Shown here in pieces: positions 36,466-48,065 of a DNA stretch of 64,000 nt (position 1 is its first letter; the number at the start of each line of letters is the position of its first letter). The notes under the pieces are model-generated. The model saw only the letters and a program-made list of their open reading frames with translations, searched no databases and was not told where the DNA came from. The DNA is from Macrostomum lignano. Lineage: Eukaryota. The stretch spans positions 143,255 through 207,254 of the forward strand of contig NIVC01002069.1 of NCBI GenBank assembly GCA_002269645.1, given 5' to 3'. The position numbers and the translations under genes are program-made.

Positions 36466-38832
36466 TCATACGCCGCAGCCCTCGACGCTGACGAGGGTCA
36501 CGGAGGCCCAGCCGTCGGTGCTGTTCACAGACGCCGAGGCAACGCAGCCGACTCCGCCGCAGAAACTCCCGCCGCCGCCGCCGGCCCACAGCTTTGACAG
36601 ACCGGCGCCGCCTCCGCTGTAGCCGCCGCCGCCGCCTGAGGCTCCGCCAGTGGACAACAGCAATGAGAGCAATATACTTCCAGAACCGCCGCCACCTCCT
36701 CCGCCGCCAAAGCCGCCGGCGCCTCCGTCCCGACCACCGGCGCTGCTTCCGCCGGCTCCGCCGATCCAGCCCTCCGACAGGCCGCCGCCGTGACGTCCGT
36801 CACTGCCGCTGCCAGATGCGCTGACCGACTTGCCAAGCCATCCAGCGCCGCAGCCGCCGTTGTAGCTTTTCGAACCAGCGTCATGAGTGCCGCCATTTCC
36901 GCCCGTGCCTCCGCTGCCGCCTCCGCTACTGGCGTCTGAGTGCTTCACTGCGTTGGTGCCGCTTTGGCTACTCGGCTGGCCAGACGATCCTACAGAGAAT
37001 GGTTTCCAACCAAGGTCAGTTCTGCCGGTGAAAAATTACGTTGAGAGTCGGAAGGCTAGACTAAAAGGAATCCAAAGAGAATTACGAGTATTAATTTGAA
37101 AGACGCGAAATAAACAGAAGCAAACCATGCGTGCAATATATTTTATAATATTGGTCCCTCATGTGAAAAGTAATTAAGAATTGACTACTGTTTGTGTAGT
37201 ATCTGGCAGTGACTAACATAACTGGTAACAGCTTTACGTATCCCAAGTCCCCTTACTCCCTGGTCTTACGTAATCCTACTTTATTGCTCCTAAGTTTTCT
37301 TCCCTGCCGCTAATTTTTCCAAGTCGGAAGACGATCTTTTCCTTTTAGAGAAGCTCTTAAACTCCCATTGTCTATCCGGCCACCAACTCTCAGTTGGCCT
37401 ACTACAGAAACTACTTACAGTAGGACATGGATGTGAATTAAACACAAATTACACAACTACTCGAAGAGTCAAAATCAAAGGCCTTTTGTGTATAGTATCA
37501 AGAAACCGGAAACAGAAGGCACTATAGTAAATATAAGGAGCAGCTTTAGCCAAGCCAACGTACTGTAGACCTGTTTTCAAACAGGTAAAGATTCAACAAC
37601 GGCTCACCATCGACTCCCGCAGTGGCGCCGCCGCCACCGCCGGCTGCCAGGTACAGCGTGCCGCCGCCGCTCGAGTACACGAAGGAGCCCCCGCCGCCGC
37701 CGGCGCCGCTGAAGTCCCGACCGTTGCCGCCCGATCCGCCGGCCGCGACGCTCAATGCAGCGTTGGCCGCCAGCTGGAACTTGCCGGACAGCTGGACGCC
37801 GCTGCCACCGACTGACGGGGAAAAGCCCGACGGCGGGGACGAGACTGAGCCGCCTGAGCCGCTCTGAGCAGCGATGGCGTAGCAGCCGGTCAGCGGGACG
37901 GAGAAGCTGCTGACGGAACCGGCTGCAGAGGTTGAATGCGGCCTTTGAATATTCTGAACACTGCATGTGAGCTAAAAATGAAACTGCGCACACTTGAGTT
38001 TATGCTTAAGGGGGTTGTAGTCTAGAGGTTAGAGCGTCGGACTCACGACTAAAAGGTCGGGGGTTCGATTCTCCACCCACTCGGAACAGTTTGTGTCCTT
38101 GAGAAAGACACTTAACTCTGAATTGCTTCAGTTCACCCAGCTGTAAAATGGGTGCCAGCATTAGCTGAGGTAATTGAGGGTGTGTGGCGACCCCCACAGT
38201 CCTTGGACTGAACAGCCGTACGCAGCCTTCAGATGCGCCACGCAATAGCTGCGGCTGAGCTGTCGGTTGCACATCTGCCCATTTCGGCAGGTGCAATTAA
38301 GAAAAATACTACACAGAAACAGTTTATGATTTCTCAACTAAATTGAATTTATTTAAAAATGAGCAACATTTTCACTTATTAGTACACTTGGACAATCGCA
38401 GCAACTTTCACCCTCCCCAACCGTGAGTGCTCAGCGAAATGACTCACCTGTGATCGAGCGAGTGAAGCTGCGAACGCTGGCTGGCAGCCGCTTGAGGAAG
38501 TCGGAGGCCAGGAACACCCGGTGCCCCGCTCCAGCCGTGAAGTTCCACACAGTGCCGCACCCGTTCGGCTCCGATGACGGCCGCAGCTGCACTGCAAAAC
38601 AGACGCCGCCCTGCAGCACCGCGCCAGATGCGTTCCGGCGGCCGGACTTCATGAGGCAGCTCTGCAGGCTCTCCGACTCGCCCAACACCGACACGCAGTG
38701 GCTCAGAGTGTCATTGAGCAGCAGCTCATCTGCTGGCTTGTACTGCACACTGACCGGTGCTGAGGGACAGGCCGCTTGCGACCAGACAGGACTCAGACTG
38801 AGCAGCTGCACGAGCACTGGAATGCATTTCAT
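36466..38832 (-). CDS. Secreted protein with N-terminal Cys-containing module and ALK/LTK-like glycine-rich domain; no TM or kinase (3 exons, ~407 aa)
   Basis: Exons 38448-38832, 37608-37922, 36466-36989 with phase-1 GT-AG introns. Motifs FSVPLTGCYAIAAQSGSGG, GGSGVQLSGKFQL, GGGGGSFV, LAAGGGGGA, GGCGAGW, GGFGGGGG, GGGGGYSGG, GGGGGSF follow the ALK/LTK extracellular glycine-rich module order. Hydrophobic N-terminus MKCIPVLVQLLSLSPVWSQA. Confidence 0.85.
38010..38305 (+). mobile_element. CORE-like tRNA-SINE (family A), in intron 1 of the glycine-rich gene
   Basis: A-box (tagtctagaggttaga) and B-box (ggttcgatt), then tgtgtccttgagaaagacacttaactctgaattgcttcagttcacccagctgtaaaatggg, resembling the MIR CORE consensus. 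Near-identical copy at 40915. Confidence 0.85.
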
Positions 38833-39465
38833 AGCGTGACTGAACTCACACTGAGCACTAGTGAGTGAGCACTGGAATGCATTTCATAGCGTGACTGAAC
38901 TCACACTGAGCACTAGTGAGTGAGCACTGGAATGCATTTCATAGCGTGACTGAATTCACACTGAGCACTAGTGAGTGAGCACTGGAATGCATTTCATAGT
39001 GTGATTGAACTCACACTGAGCACTAGTGAGTGAGCACTGGAATGCATTTCATAGCGTGACTGAACTCACACTGAGCACTAGTGAGTGAGCACTGGAATGC
39101 ATTTCGTAGTGTGACTGAACTCACACTGAGCACTAGTGAGTGAGTACTGCAATGCATTTCATAGTGTGACTGAACTCAGACTGAGCACTAGTGAGTGAGC
39201 ACTGGAATGCATTTCATAGTGTGACTGAACTCACACTGAGCACTAGTGAGTGAGCACTGGAATGCATTTCATAGCGTGACTGAACTCACACTGAGCACTA
39301 GTGAGTGAGCACTGGAATGCATTTCATAGCGTGACTGAACTCACACTGAGCACTAGTGAGTGAGCACTGCAATGCATTTCATAGTGTGACTGAACTCACA
39401 CTGAGCACTAGTGAGTGAGCACTGGAATGCAGTTTACAGCGTGACTGAATGCAGACTGAGCTACC
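38810..39465. repeat. 55-bp tandem array (12 units) overlapping the start codon of the glycine-rich gene
   Basis: aatgc recurs every 55 bp from 38821 to 39426; the proximal unit supplies the ATG at 38830-38832. Confidence 0.95.
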
Positions 39466-40914
39466 CCAGAAAGCACAGATTGTAGAAACAATGATTTGAA
39501 CAATGCTAGCAAATATGAATGCCGTGAAACTTACGCATAAGCTTGCCTCGCTCAAAGCTAACGGAGTGTTCCATTTTCAATCTAGCTAGTGTTTAATGTC
39601 GTATTGAGATATTTCCTAAAACCGTCTGTTTCCTACTTGTGCTCAGTATTTAAACAACTTTTCTATTGCAATTCAGGTGATTGAAGGATGTGGGATGTGC
39701 CAGCATTTGATTGGCTGTTGCTGAGTCCCATAAATTTGCAAATTGCTTCTCAGGTAGCGTCGCCGCCCTGTCTGCGTGGGCAACAGCAGTAAAAATTTAT
39801 ACTGAGGAATAAAATCCTTTTGTGGATTTTGCAGTATAGTCTTTGCAATTAAATTATCATTCTTCCCCACTGGGTTTAGATGAAACAAAACGTGATGCAG
39901 ATATTGTTTGGAATCGGCACGTGACTTCTGCTGATCCAGAGGTTTTTAATTTGAATTTTTACTAGTTTCCATACTATACTTTTTGAAGCAACTTTGAATC
40001 CAAATGCTTCGGCTGAATGTTGCAGGACTCCACCATATATTTCAACGATATTCAACGATTCTGACAGAAGGTCGGATCTTTCCCATAAGCGCCAGTGTAC
40101 TCAATACACCCCTGTGCCTCAGTGCAGCCTTGCCAAGTCTCCAAATTTCATCAGCACGTTGACAACATGTGTCTGCATCATCTCCGACTTCTTCGGTCAC
40201 TTGCCTTCACCCAGGCGGAGCTTCTGGACCTTCAACCAGGTGGCACTGATTGACTATTGACAACCATGTGGCAAATTTTTATGACATCGCTGAGGGGCGA
40301 ACCTCAACCACCGGGAATACTCAACTATAGTCTCCTAAAGTATTCTGTCATAACCCCGACGCCGTCGGCACCTTCAACAGATGGCATCAAGTGACTATGG
40401 ACATCCCGAATGAGATTATTCATCATTGCCGTCCCCTTTGGTAGTTCTACACATAAAAACGGTCCATATTAAAAGCTTTGCTTTTGCCCAGACATCTAGC
40501 TTGAGAAGTCCATGAACAGGGTCAGGGATTTTAAACAATAAAATTTATTATATATTATTAAAAATTGCAAGGCTAGAAAACACTGCGTAATTAAAATCAA
40601 ACAAAAACCCCCTCCCGTCCCCTACTTTAGCTCACATAAAGCTGTTGTGAATACACGAGAGCGTGGGGGCCAGAGGAAGAGCTATTCACCTCAAATCCGC
40701 TTAAACCTGTGTTTCAGTGTTAAGGTTGTAAAAAAATCACTTAGTTCATTCTTCATTCACACTCAGTTGTCAGGTTGAAAACAACCAGGATAATTTATCT
40801 CCCCGGAAAATGTGATTTCTTTTTGCAATTCTTGCAAGGCCGAATATTCAATATTTGCTGTTTGCTTGCGTGTTTGTTTGCAGCCTAAGTCGTAGATTAG
40901 TGGTTAGAACCGCT

Positions 40915-41205
40915 GGATTGTAGCCTATAGTAGTGGTCAGAGCGTCAGACTCACGACTGAAAGGTCGGGGGTTCGATTCTCGACCCACTCGGAGCAATTT
41001 GTGTCCTTGAGCAAGACACTTAACTCTGAATTGCTTCAGTTCACCCAGCTGTAAAATGGGTGCCAGCATTAGCTGGGGTAATTGAGGGTGTGGCGACCCC
41101 CCATGTACGGACTGAACAGCCGTACGCAGCCTTCAGATGCGCTGCGCAATAGCTGCGGCTGAGCTGTCGGTTGCACATCTGGCTTAAATTGGGCAGGTGT
41201 AATAA
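40915..41205 (+). mobile_element. CORE-like tRNA-SINE (family A)
   Basis: Colinear with 38010-38305; A/B boxes and CORE-like segment at ~40998-41060. Confidence 0.85.
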
Positions 41206-41219
41206 ATTCTTCTTATTTA

Positions 41220-42355
<1,136 letters not shown>

Positions 42356-43026
42356 CCATACGCTCGTATGCTTACAGTTAAAACTTTCTTGCAGAACCAA
42401 ATATGTCGTAGCCAGAAAGGGACTCTGTTTTATTTAAGAAAACTGCAGTAACTTACACGCGGGGGAGAAATATTGCTGGGACCACGCAGCCGTCCTTCTG
42501 TTGTTTCAATCTCCTATCTTATGCATTACTAATGCGCTGCGAGGCTGGATGGCTCTGAATGCAGATGCAGCCTTGGCATATTGCTCCAGCCTTCCTTCTA
42601 TTTTCTCCTCCCACTAAGTCTTGATGCAGTCCCGGTTGCCATGGTAACTAAGGGAATGAAGCTTGCCGGATTGCAGAGACTATATCAAGCAAGCAAGCAT
42701 TAACTAAAGAATTCTGGAAGTGCTTAGCTTTTCTGCAACAGAAACTACCTATTTCTAAGCGTAGACTTGCACAAATGTAGCGTACACACAATATAGCTCT
42801 TACCAGTCTCCTCACGCTTGGAGCCCCAGCGGAGAAACAATGAAGCTTCGCCTCCCACCTGCTTTGTTTCTAAGTTTCTGAAGGCGTCAGAGAGGAGGCA
42901 GTAGGCAGTAGCTAAGAATCTGTTTGTCCCCATGAACCATGAATGTCCCCAGTATAAACGCGCAATTAAGTACATGAAGTCCTAATAAGCTAAAAAGCCT
43001 TTTCGATGTTGCAATTTTTTTACAGT

Positions 43027-43505
43027 AAAGTCCACGATGGTTAGTAAATATCGCGGCTGGGGTGCAGCTGTTTCAGTTGGGTCCGGCACTGGTAGCGGTC
43101 CGACTAAATCCATATGGACCGTTGTGAACCGCTGTGTAGTTACAGGCAGGTGGTGCAGTGGTCGGCGAACATGACGACCGATTTTTGCTGACTGACATTG
43201 TGTGCATTCTGCCGTCCAGCGCTGTATGTCTGACTTCATGCCTGGCCAGAAAAACGATGGGCGACAAAACGCAGCGTGGCCTTCACACCTGGGTGGGCAA
43301 TGTCGTGCAGTGCTAGCACAACCTGATGGCGCATGTGCTCTGGTATGAACGGTCGCGAGTTTGGTTGCGAAGTTTCGCAGTACAGAGGACAATCTGATAA
43401 CCCAACGTCGAATGGGCGGTAACGGTCACCACTCGTGAGCCCCGCTTCTGGCTGTGCCTTGGCGATCGCAGGGAGATCTGCGGGCAACTGCAATGTGTGC
43501 ACCAA
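43027..43505 (-). pseudogene. Ty3/gypsy LTR-retrotransposon integrase fragment
   Basis: HHCC zinc finger LHDIAHPGVKATLRFVAHRF/WPGMKSDIQRWTAECTQCQSAK, then RFTTVHMDLVGPLP...YLLTIVD. Frameshift near 43250; truncated before the rest of the DDE core. Confidence 0.9.
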
Positions 43506-44575
43506 GGACTACTTAAGAACACAGGACGTTTGCAAATTCCTTTTACAAGGGTTTAGTAAGAAAGGAATCTGAAACTGAGAAACATCAAAGCGGTGTTGGT
43601 GCAAGACGGTTACGAAAATTAAACACCGATTAACTTTGTGACGAATTTATTACTATTTTCACTGTCATCTTTGCTACCACCGTGTTGCTTCTACATTTTA
43701 AACAAGTCCATGAATCGGGAAATGAGCGAATAAGTATTATTGTTGTTGACCAAGTGTAGTTCCTATCATTCAATATTGTCATTCTTGTTATTTTTGGGTA
43801 TTTCTTCGTTTTTTGTTAAACTTCTACACCCTGTTCACGATCACCTTTTGGAGAAAATATAAATTTTTGTCGGTATGCATATAAGTAGTAGAGGATAACA
43901 CAACTCTGCCGCAGGGAAAGCCACGGAAATTCCGTGGGCCCGGATCAGAAGGGCGCCTATGTGTTTGCATAGCTCAACTCTGCCGCAGGCAAAGCCATGG
44001 GAATTCCGTAGACTCCTAATGAGAGTACATAGGCACCTCATGGGGAATCCGCAAGTATGCACAGAGGCGAGCTAGGGGAATCTCTAGAAATTGTGTTGAA
44101 CGATTGGCAAATATCAGCGGTATTTTATTGTATTCAGTATTATACTAATACTTTATTGTATAATTTTATCGGTAATAACAAACTTCTGTAAACAAAAATA
44201 GTGGTAGCCAAGCCTCTCTCTCCCGCTGTCTGGGAGCTGGCGGCGGCGGCGGCTTTGTTGCTGAAAGGAGAGAGTGCTCAGTTATCAGTTTTATTGCCAC
44301 CCTCGACTGGGTGGGGTAAAGTTGGCGGCGTATTCAAAAGAATTTAGCGGGGCGTGCGGGAATTTAACTAGGGCTCAATACCTGGATGCGCTGATGAAAT
44401 CATTGGACATTGGGTGGCTGACTGTAAACATAGCAAAGCTGAAAACATAGCGGCTATGTTTTTATTAACACAGATTTGGTTGAAGTGGGTATATAAGAGG
44501 CTAAATATGTTCATATGAGAAGTTTAAATTTAAATTTTATTTTAAACTAAATTTCTCATAGATAAATTTTAAATA

Positions 44576-45877
44576 ATGAATAAATCTCGGTGTCCATCCT
44601 ACGTGCACGAGGTGTGCATCAGCTGCAATTCCTGTGAGCTCGGTGGGTTAAAGCTCCATAACAAAAAAGACAGCTGCATTATAAGTCGCTGGTTGCTTTG
44701 CCACGAGTGCCAGACAACTGAGCTGTTCAATGTGCGCCGCCAAGTTCGGGCCCATAAAAATCACACCATCATTAATTGGAGCTCGCCTGATAGCATCGAA
44801 CGAGCCCGCTTTACTGTACTGGAGGCCGCCCACCGCCAGGAGCAACTCAACATGATCGAGCGTCATCGAGCCCCGGTCAGCACCCTGAGCCAGACGATTC
44901 AAGGTGTGCGAAATCAATCTGCAATCATTTCAACTACATGTACTAATTTTGATTTGATTTCCGCTGCACTTGCTGCTGCAGATCAGCATCCAGCTGATGT
45001 TGCCAGCCTTCCTGGACCTGCCAGCGTCGACTATCCAGCTGCTGCTCCTGGACCTGCTGGCATCGACCATCAATCTGCCAGCGTCGACTATCCAGCTGCT
45101 GCTCCTGGACCTGCTGGCATCGACCATCAATCTGCCAGCGTCGACTATCCAGCTGCTGCTCCTGGACCTGCTGGCATCGACCATCAATCTGCCAGCGTCG
45201 ACTATCCAGCTGCTGCTCCTGGACCTGCTGGCATCGACCATCAAGCTGCCAGCGTTGACGTTCCAGCGGCTGGTGCTCTCAGTCTTCAGACACCGGTAAA
45301 TCGCTATGACGATGATGCTGCTGCCGCTGATTTTGTTGCTCCGCCAGAATTGGACACGGCTTTCTTTGAGGAGCACGAGTTGGAGCCGGAGGAGACGAAC
45401 GAAAAAGCCACGGTCGAGCAGCAGCCACCGCACAGGGCTGTTCCAGTCGCTGGAAAAAATATGGCTGGAATGATGGCGGATGCCAGCCTGTCTGATCTCC
45501 TACGAGATTTCGAACCTCATGCTACCCCACCGGTGGTACCAGAGTTTCAACAATCAGCAGGAGTCGAACCTCATGCTACCCCACCGGTGGTTCAACAATC
45601 AGCAGGATTCGAACCTCATGCTACCCCACCGGTGGTACCAGAGTTTCCACAATCAGCAGGAGTCGAACCTCATGCTACCCCACCGGTGGTTCAACAATCA
45701 GCAGGAGTCGAACCTCATGCTACCCCACCGGTGGTTCAACAATCAGCAGGAGTCCAAGCCGCTGAACCGATGGCTGCACCGTCAGTTTGCCTTCAATTCG
45801 TCCTACCGAGTAGCGTTGTGGGCGAGTACTCAATTGACTTTGGAGGGGGGATCCGTATTCGCTTGAGTAACTCTTAA
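44576..45877 (+). CDS. Orphan intronless ORF, 433 aa: Cys/His-rich N-terminus plus internal 19-aa and 13-16-aa repeats
   Basis: ATG-initiated, uninterrupted and GC-richer than its AT-rich flanks, with ~140 aa of non-repetitive N-terminus. No family recognised. Confidence 0.5.
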   Translation: MNKSRCPSYVHEVCISCNSCELGGLKLHNKKDSCIISRWLLCHECQTTELFNVRRQVRAHKNHTIINWSSPDSIERARFTVLEAAHRQEQLNMIERHRAPVSTLSQTIQGVRNQSAIISTTCTNFDLISAALAAADQHPADVASLPGPASVDYPAAAPGPAGIDHQSASVDYPAAAPGPAGIDHQSASVDYPAAAPGPAGIDHQSASVDYPAAAPGPAGIDHQAASVDVPAAGALSLQTPVNRYDDDAAAADFVAPPELDTAFFEEHELEPEETNEKATVEQQPPHRAVPVAGKNMAGMMADASLSDLLRDFEPHATPPVVPEFQQSAGVEPHATPPVVQQSAGFEPHATPPVVPEFPQSAGVEPHATPPVVQQSAGVEPHATPPVVQQSAGVQAAEPMAAPSVCLQFVLPSSVVGEYSIDFGGGIRIRLSNS

Positions 45878-46218
45878 TTTGCTTTAGCCTGGAGTATTTT
45901 GTTGGCAAGGGAAACGAATTTTAAGCGCACAAAAAAGTTCTACAAAAATGAGTGGACTTTTGATAAGGGGAGGAGCTCTAAAAGAAGTTGAAAACTGCTT
46001 AAATTAAATTAATCTTTTCAGTGCATGTTACCTGTGATTTATCTCGTTGGGCTGGGCTAAGCAGTTTATCAAGCTGGAGGCTCTTTGGTTGTTTTCATAT
46101 TTAGTTATTAGGAGAGCAAGAATGTACATGGCAGCTTATAATGAATTATCCTGCTTTCTATGCAAAAAATTTGTCATTTAAAACCACTTCGCGCCCAAGC
46201 TTGGTTCTGTAAGATCGC

Positions 46219-47743
46219 TTAAAAGCCCAAAGGCCTGCAGAGCAGTCCATAGACAAATTTGTCTTTTTTTCTGAATCGAGTGCACACCCTAAAAGCCCAG
46301 AAGTAAAGTATACCACAGAGTTTTTCTGCTAGCTCCTGTTCAAACCTTCCTACTCACAAATGGCTTCTACGCGCCCGAAAAGGACGGCTAAAAGTGATGC
46401 CTTGCGCAGACTGGGACTCGATTCCGATTCGGATGACGCTTTATCAAGCGATGAGTCGACGGTTTTTGAGTCAGAAACGGAGTCGGAAAGCATGGATCCA
46501 GAAACTGATCAGAGCCAAGATGAGGCGGCCGCGGAATGGGTTGAAGTAGCCCCTGGAAGTGACAACTCGTTTGACCACGACCGGGTGCCGGAATTCCGAG
46601 GGTTTTCGACCATCAATCCAAGCATCGATCTGCCAGAAAATCCAGACGAAAGTATGGCGGAATTTTTATCAATCTTCCTGACTGAAGAGTTTCTCACCAG
46701 TCTTGTCACATGGACCAATGAGAGAATGTGGTTGTCAGTCAGGGAGTTTCAGCAGGAGAGTGCAGAAACTGGCGAGGAAGAGTTGCCTGCTAGACTGTCT
46801 GCTCTTAAACCATGCTGTGTGGCCGAGATGAAAAAGTTTCTGGGCATGGTGCTCTTCATGGGCATCAACAGCAAGCCGACCATACGCCACTACTGGTCCA
46901 CAGACGTCATGTATCGGAATCCATATTTTCAGCAAGCCGAGAGCCTTCCCCGTTGGCGATTTCTTCAGCTACTGGCCTACTTCCGGTGCTACGACTGCCG
47001 AGAGTTCAATATCAACGACCCACTGTGCAAAGTAAGGCCTTTTCTGGACTTGATTAGCCGAATTTGTCGCGAAACCTATCGACCAGAGCAGGATGTCGCC
47101 ATCGATGAGACGCTGATTCTATACAAGGGGAGACTTCTGCTGAAGCAGTATATTCCAAGCAAGAAGGCAAAGTACGGCATCAAACTGTATTGTCTGACTG
47201 AGTCCACGACGGGATACCTGTGGAATTTCCTGCTGCATTCTGTTGAGGCCGAACACGCAACCTTCGGTGCCGGTCTCCAATGCGATGAGCTCTCCATGAG
47301 CGAACGAGTCGTTGTTGAGCTTAGCCGCGAACTACTGGGTGAAGGATACCACATATACACGGATAGTTGGTTTACATCACACAGATTGGCTATCTACTTG
47401 TTTGAAAAAAAGGCCTTGCTCACCGGGACTGTTCGAAAGGATCGTGGAATCCCGAGAGAATTGCAAGAAAAATTAGTGGTTGCTACGACCATAAATTTGT
47501 GCATCACCTCTTGTTTTCACTGTGCACGCTTATTTCACATTTAACATTTGAGTGAAAACATAACGGAAATGCATAATGCAGGGCTTCTTTAAATTAATCA
47601 TGACCTGCACAGCAGGCCATACTGGGCACTTGCTTTAGTGACTGGGAGATGGTTTTTCATGCCATAGACATTTTTCAATCTCTGGGTTTTTGAGCCGTTT
47701 CGGTATGGCCTGCAGTGCAGGCCTTTGGCTTCCAAATGGTTAA
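46219..47743 (+). mobile_element. piggyBac-family element, 3'-internally deleted
   Basis: TTAA at 46219-46222 followed by aagcccaaaggcctgcagagcagtccata. The right end tatggcctgcagtgcaggcctttggcttccaaatgg-TTAA (47740-47743) is a related inverted sequence. Confidence 0.7.
46360..47544 (+). pseudogene. piggyBac (PGBD4-like) transposase, C-terminally truncated
   Basis: Acidic N-terminus; EMKKFLGMVLFMG, IRHYWS, LPRWRFLQLLAYF, KVRPFLD, IDETLILYKGR (D1), KYGIKLYCL, YTDSWFTS (D2), TGTVRKDR. Third Asp and Cys-rich tail absent; homology ends near 47480. Confidence 0.92.
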
Positions 47744-48065
47744 TGCTAAATAAAAGTTTCTTCTTCTTCTAAATTAATTTTTTGCTACAAAGCCGTTTAT
47801 ACCAAATACACGTTGTTTTTGCATTGTTTTTTCTCAAAATAAACATTGAATTATTTTTAGAAAAAACGCAAACTAGACAGTAAAATAGCAAATCAACTCG
47901 TATCGGTGGATTTGATGCTAAAAGCTATCGCATCATGGCAACCTATTCGCATTACTCGACTAATAGTTTTTGATTTTGAGGTTTTTACTATCAGCGAGCT
48001 GCTTTTCTATAGCTTGGTGCTCGTTGTTAAGTCTCAATATCGCGAATAGAATAAGAGCATCCTCG

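Noticed and set aside
38010-38085. Functional tRNA genes (also 40915-40990)
   Set aside because: Acceptor and anticodon stems pair poorly, and the head runs into a shared SINE body with no Pol III terminator.
39994-40500. Short ORFs possibly from a transposase
   Set aside because: No diagnostic motif recognised.
44200-47743. Two-gene piggyBac that includes the 433-aa ORF
   Set aside because: No matching TTAA-terminus found upstream of 44576; the best left end is at 46219, downstream of that ORF.
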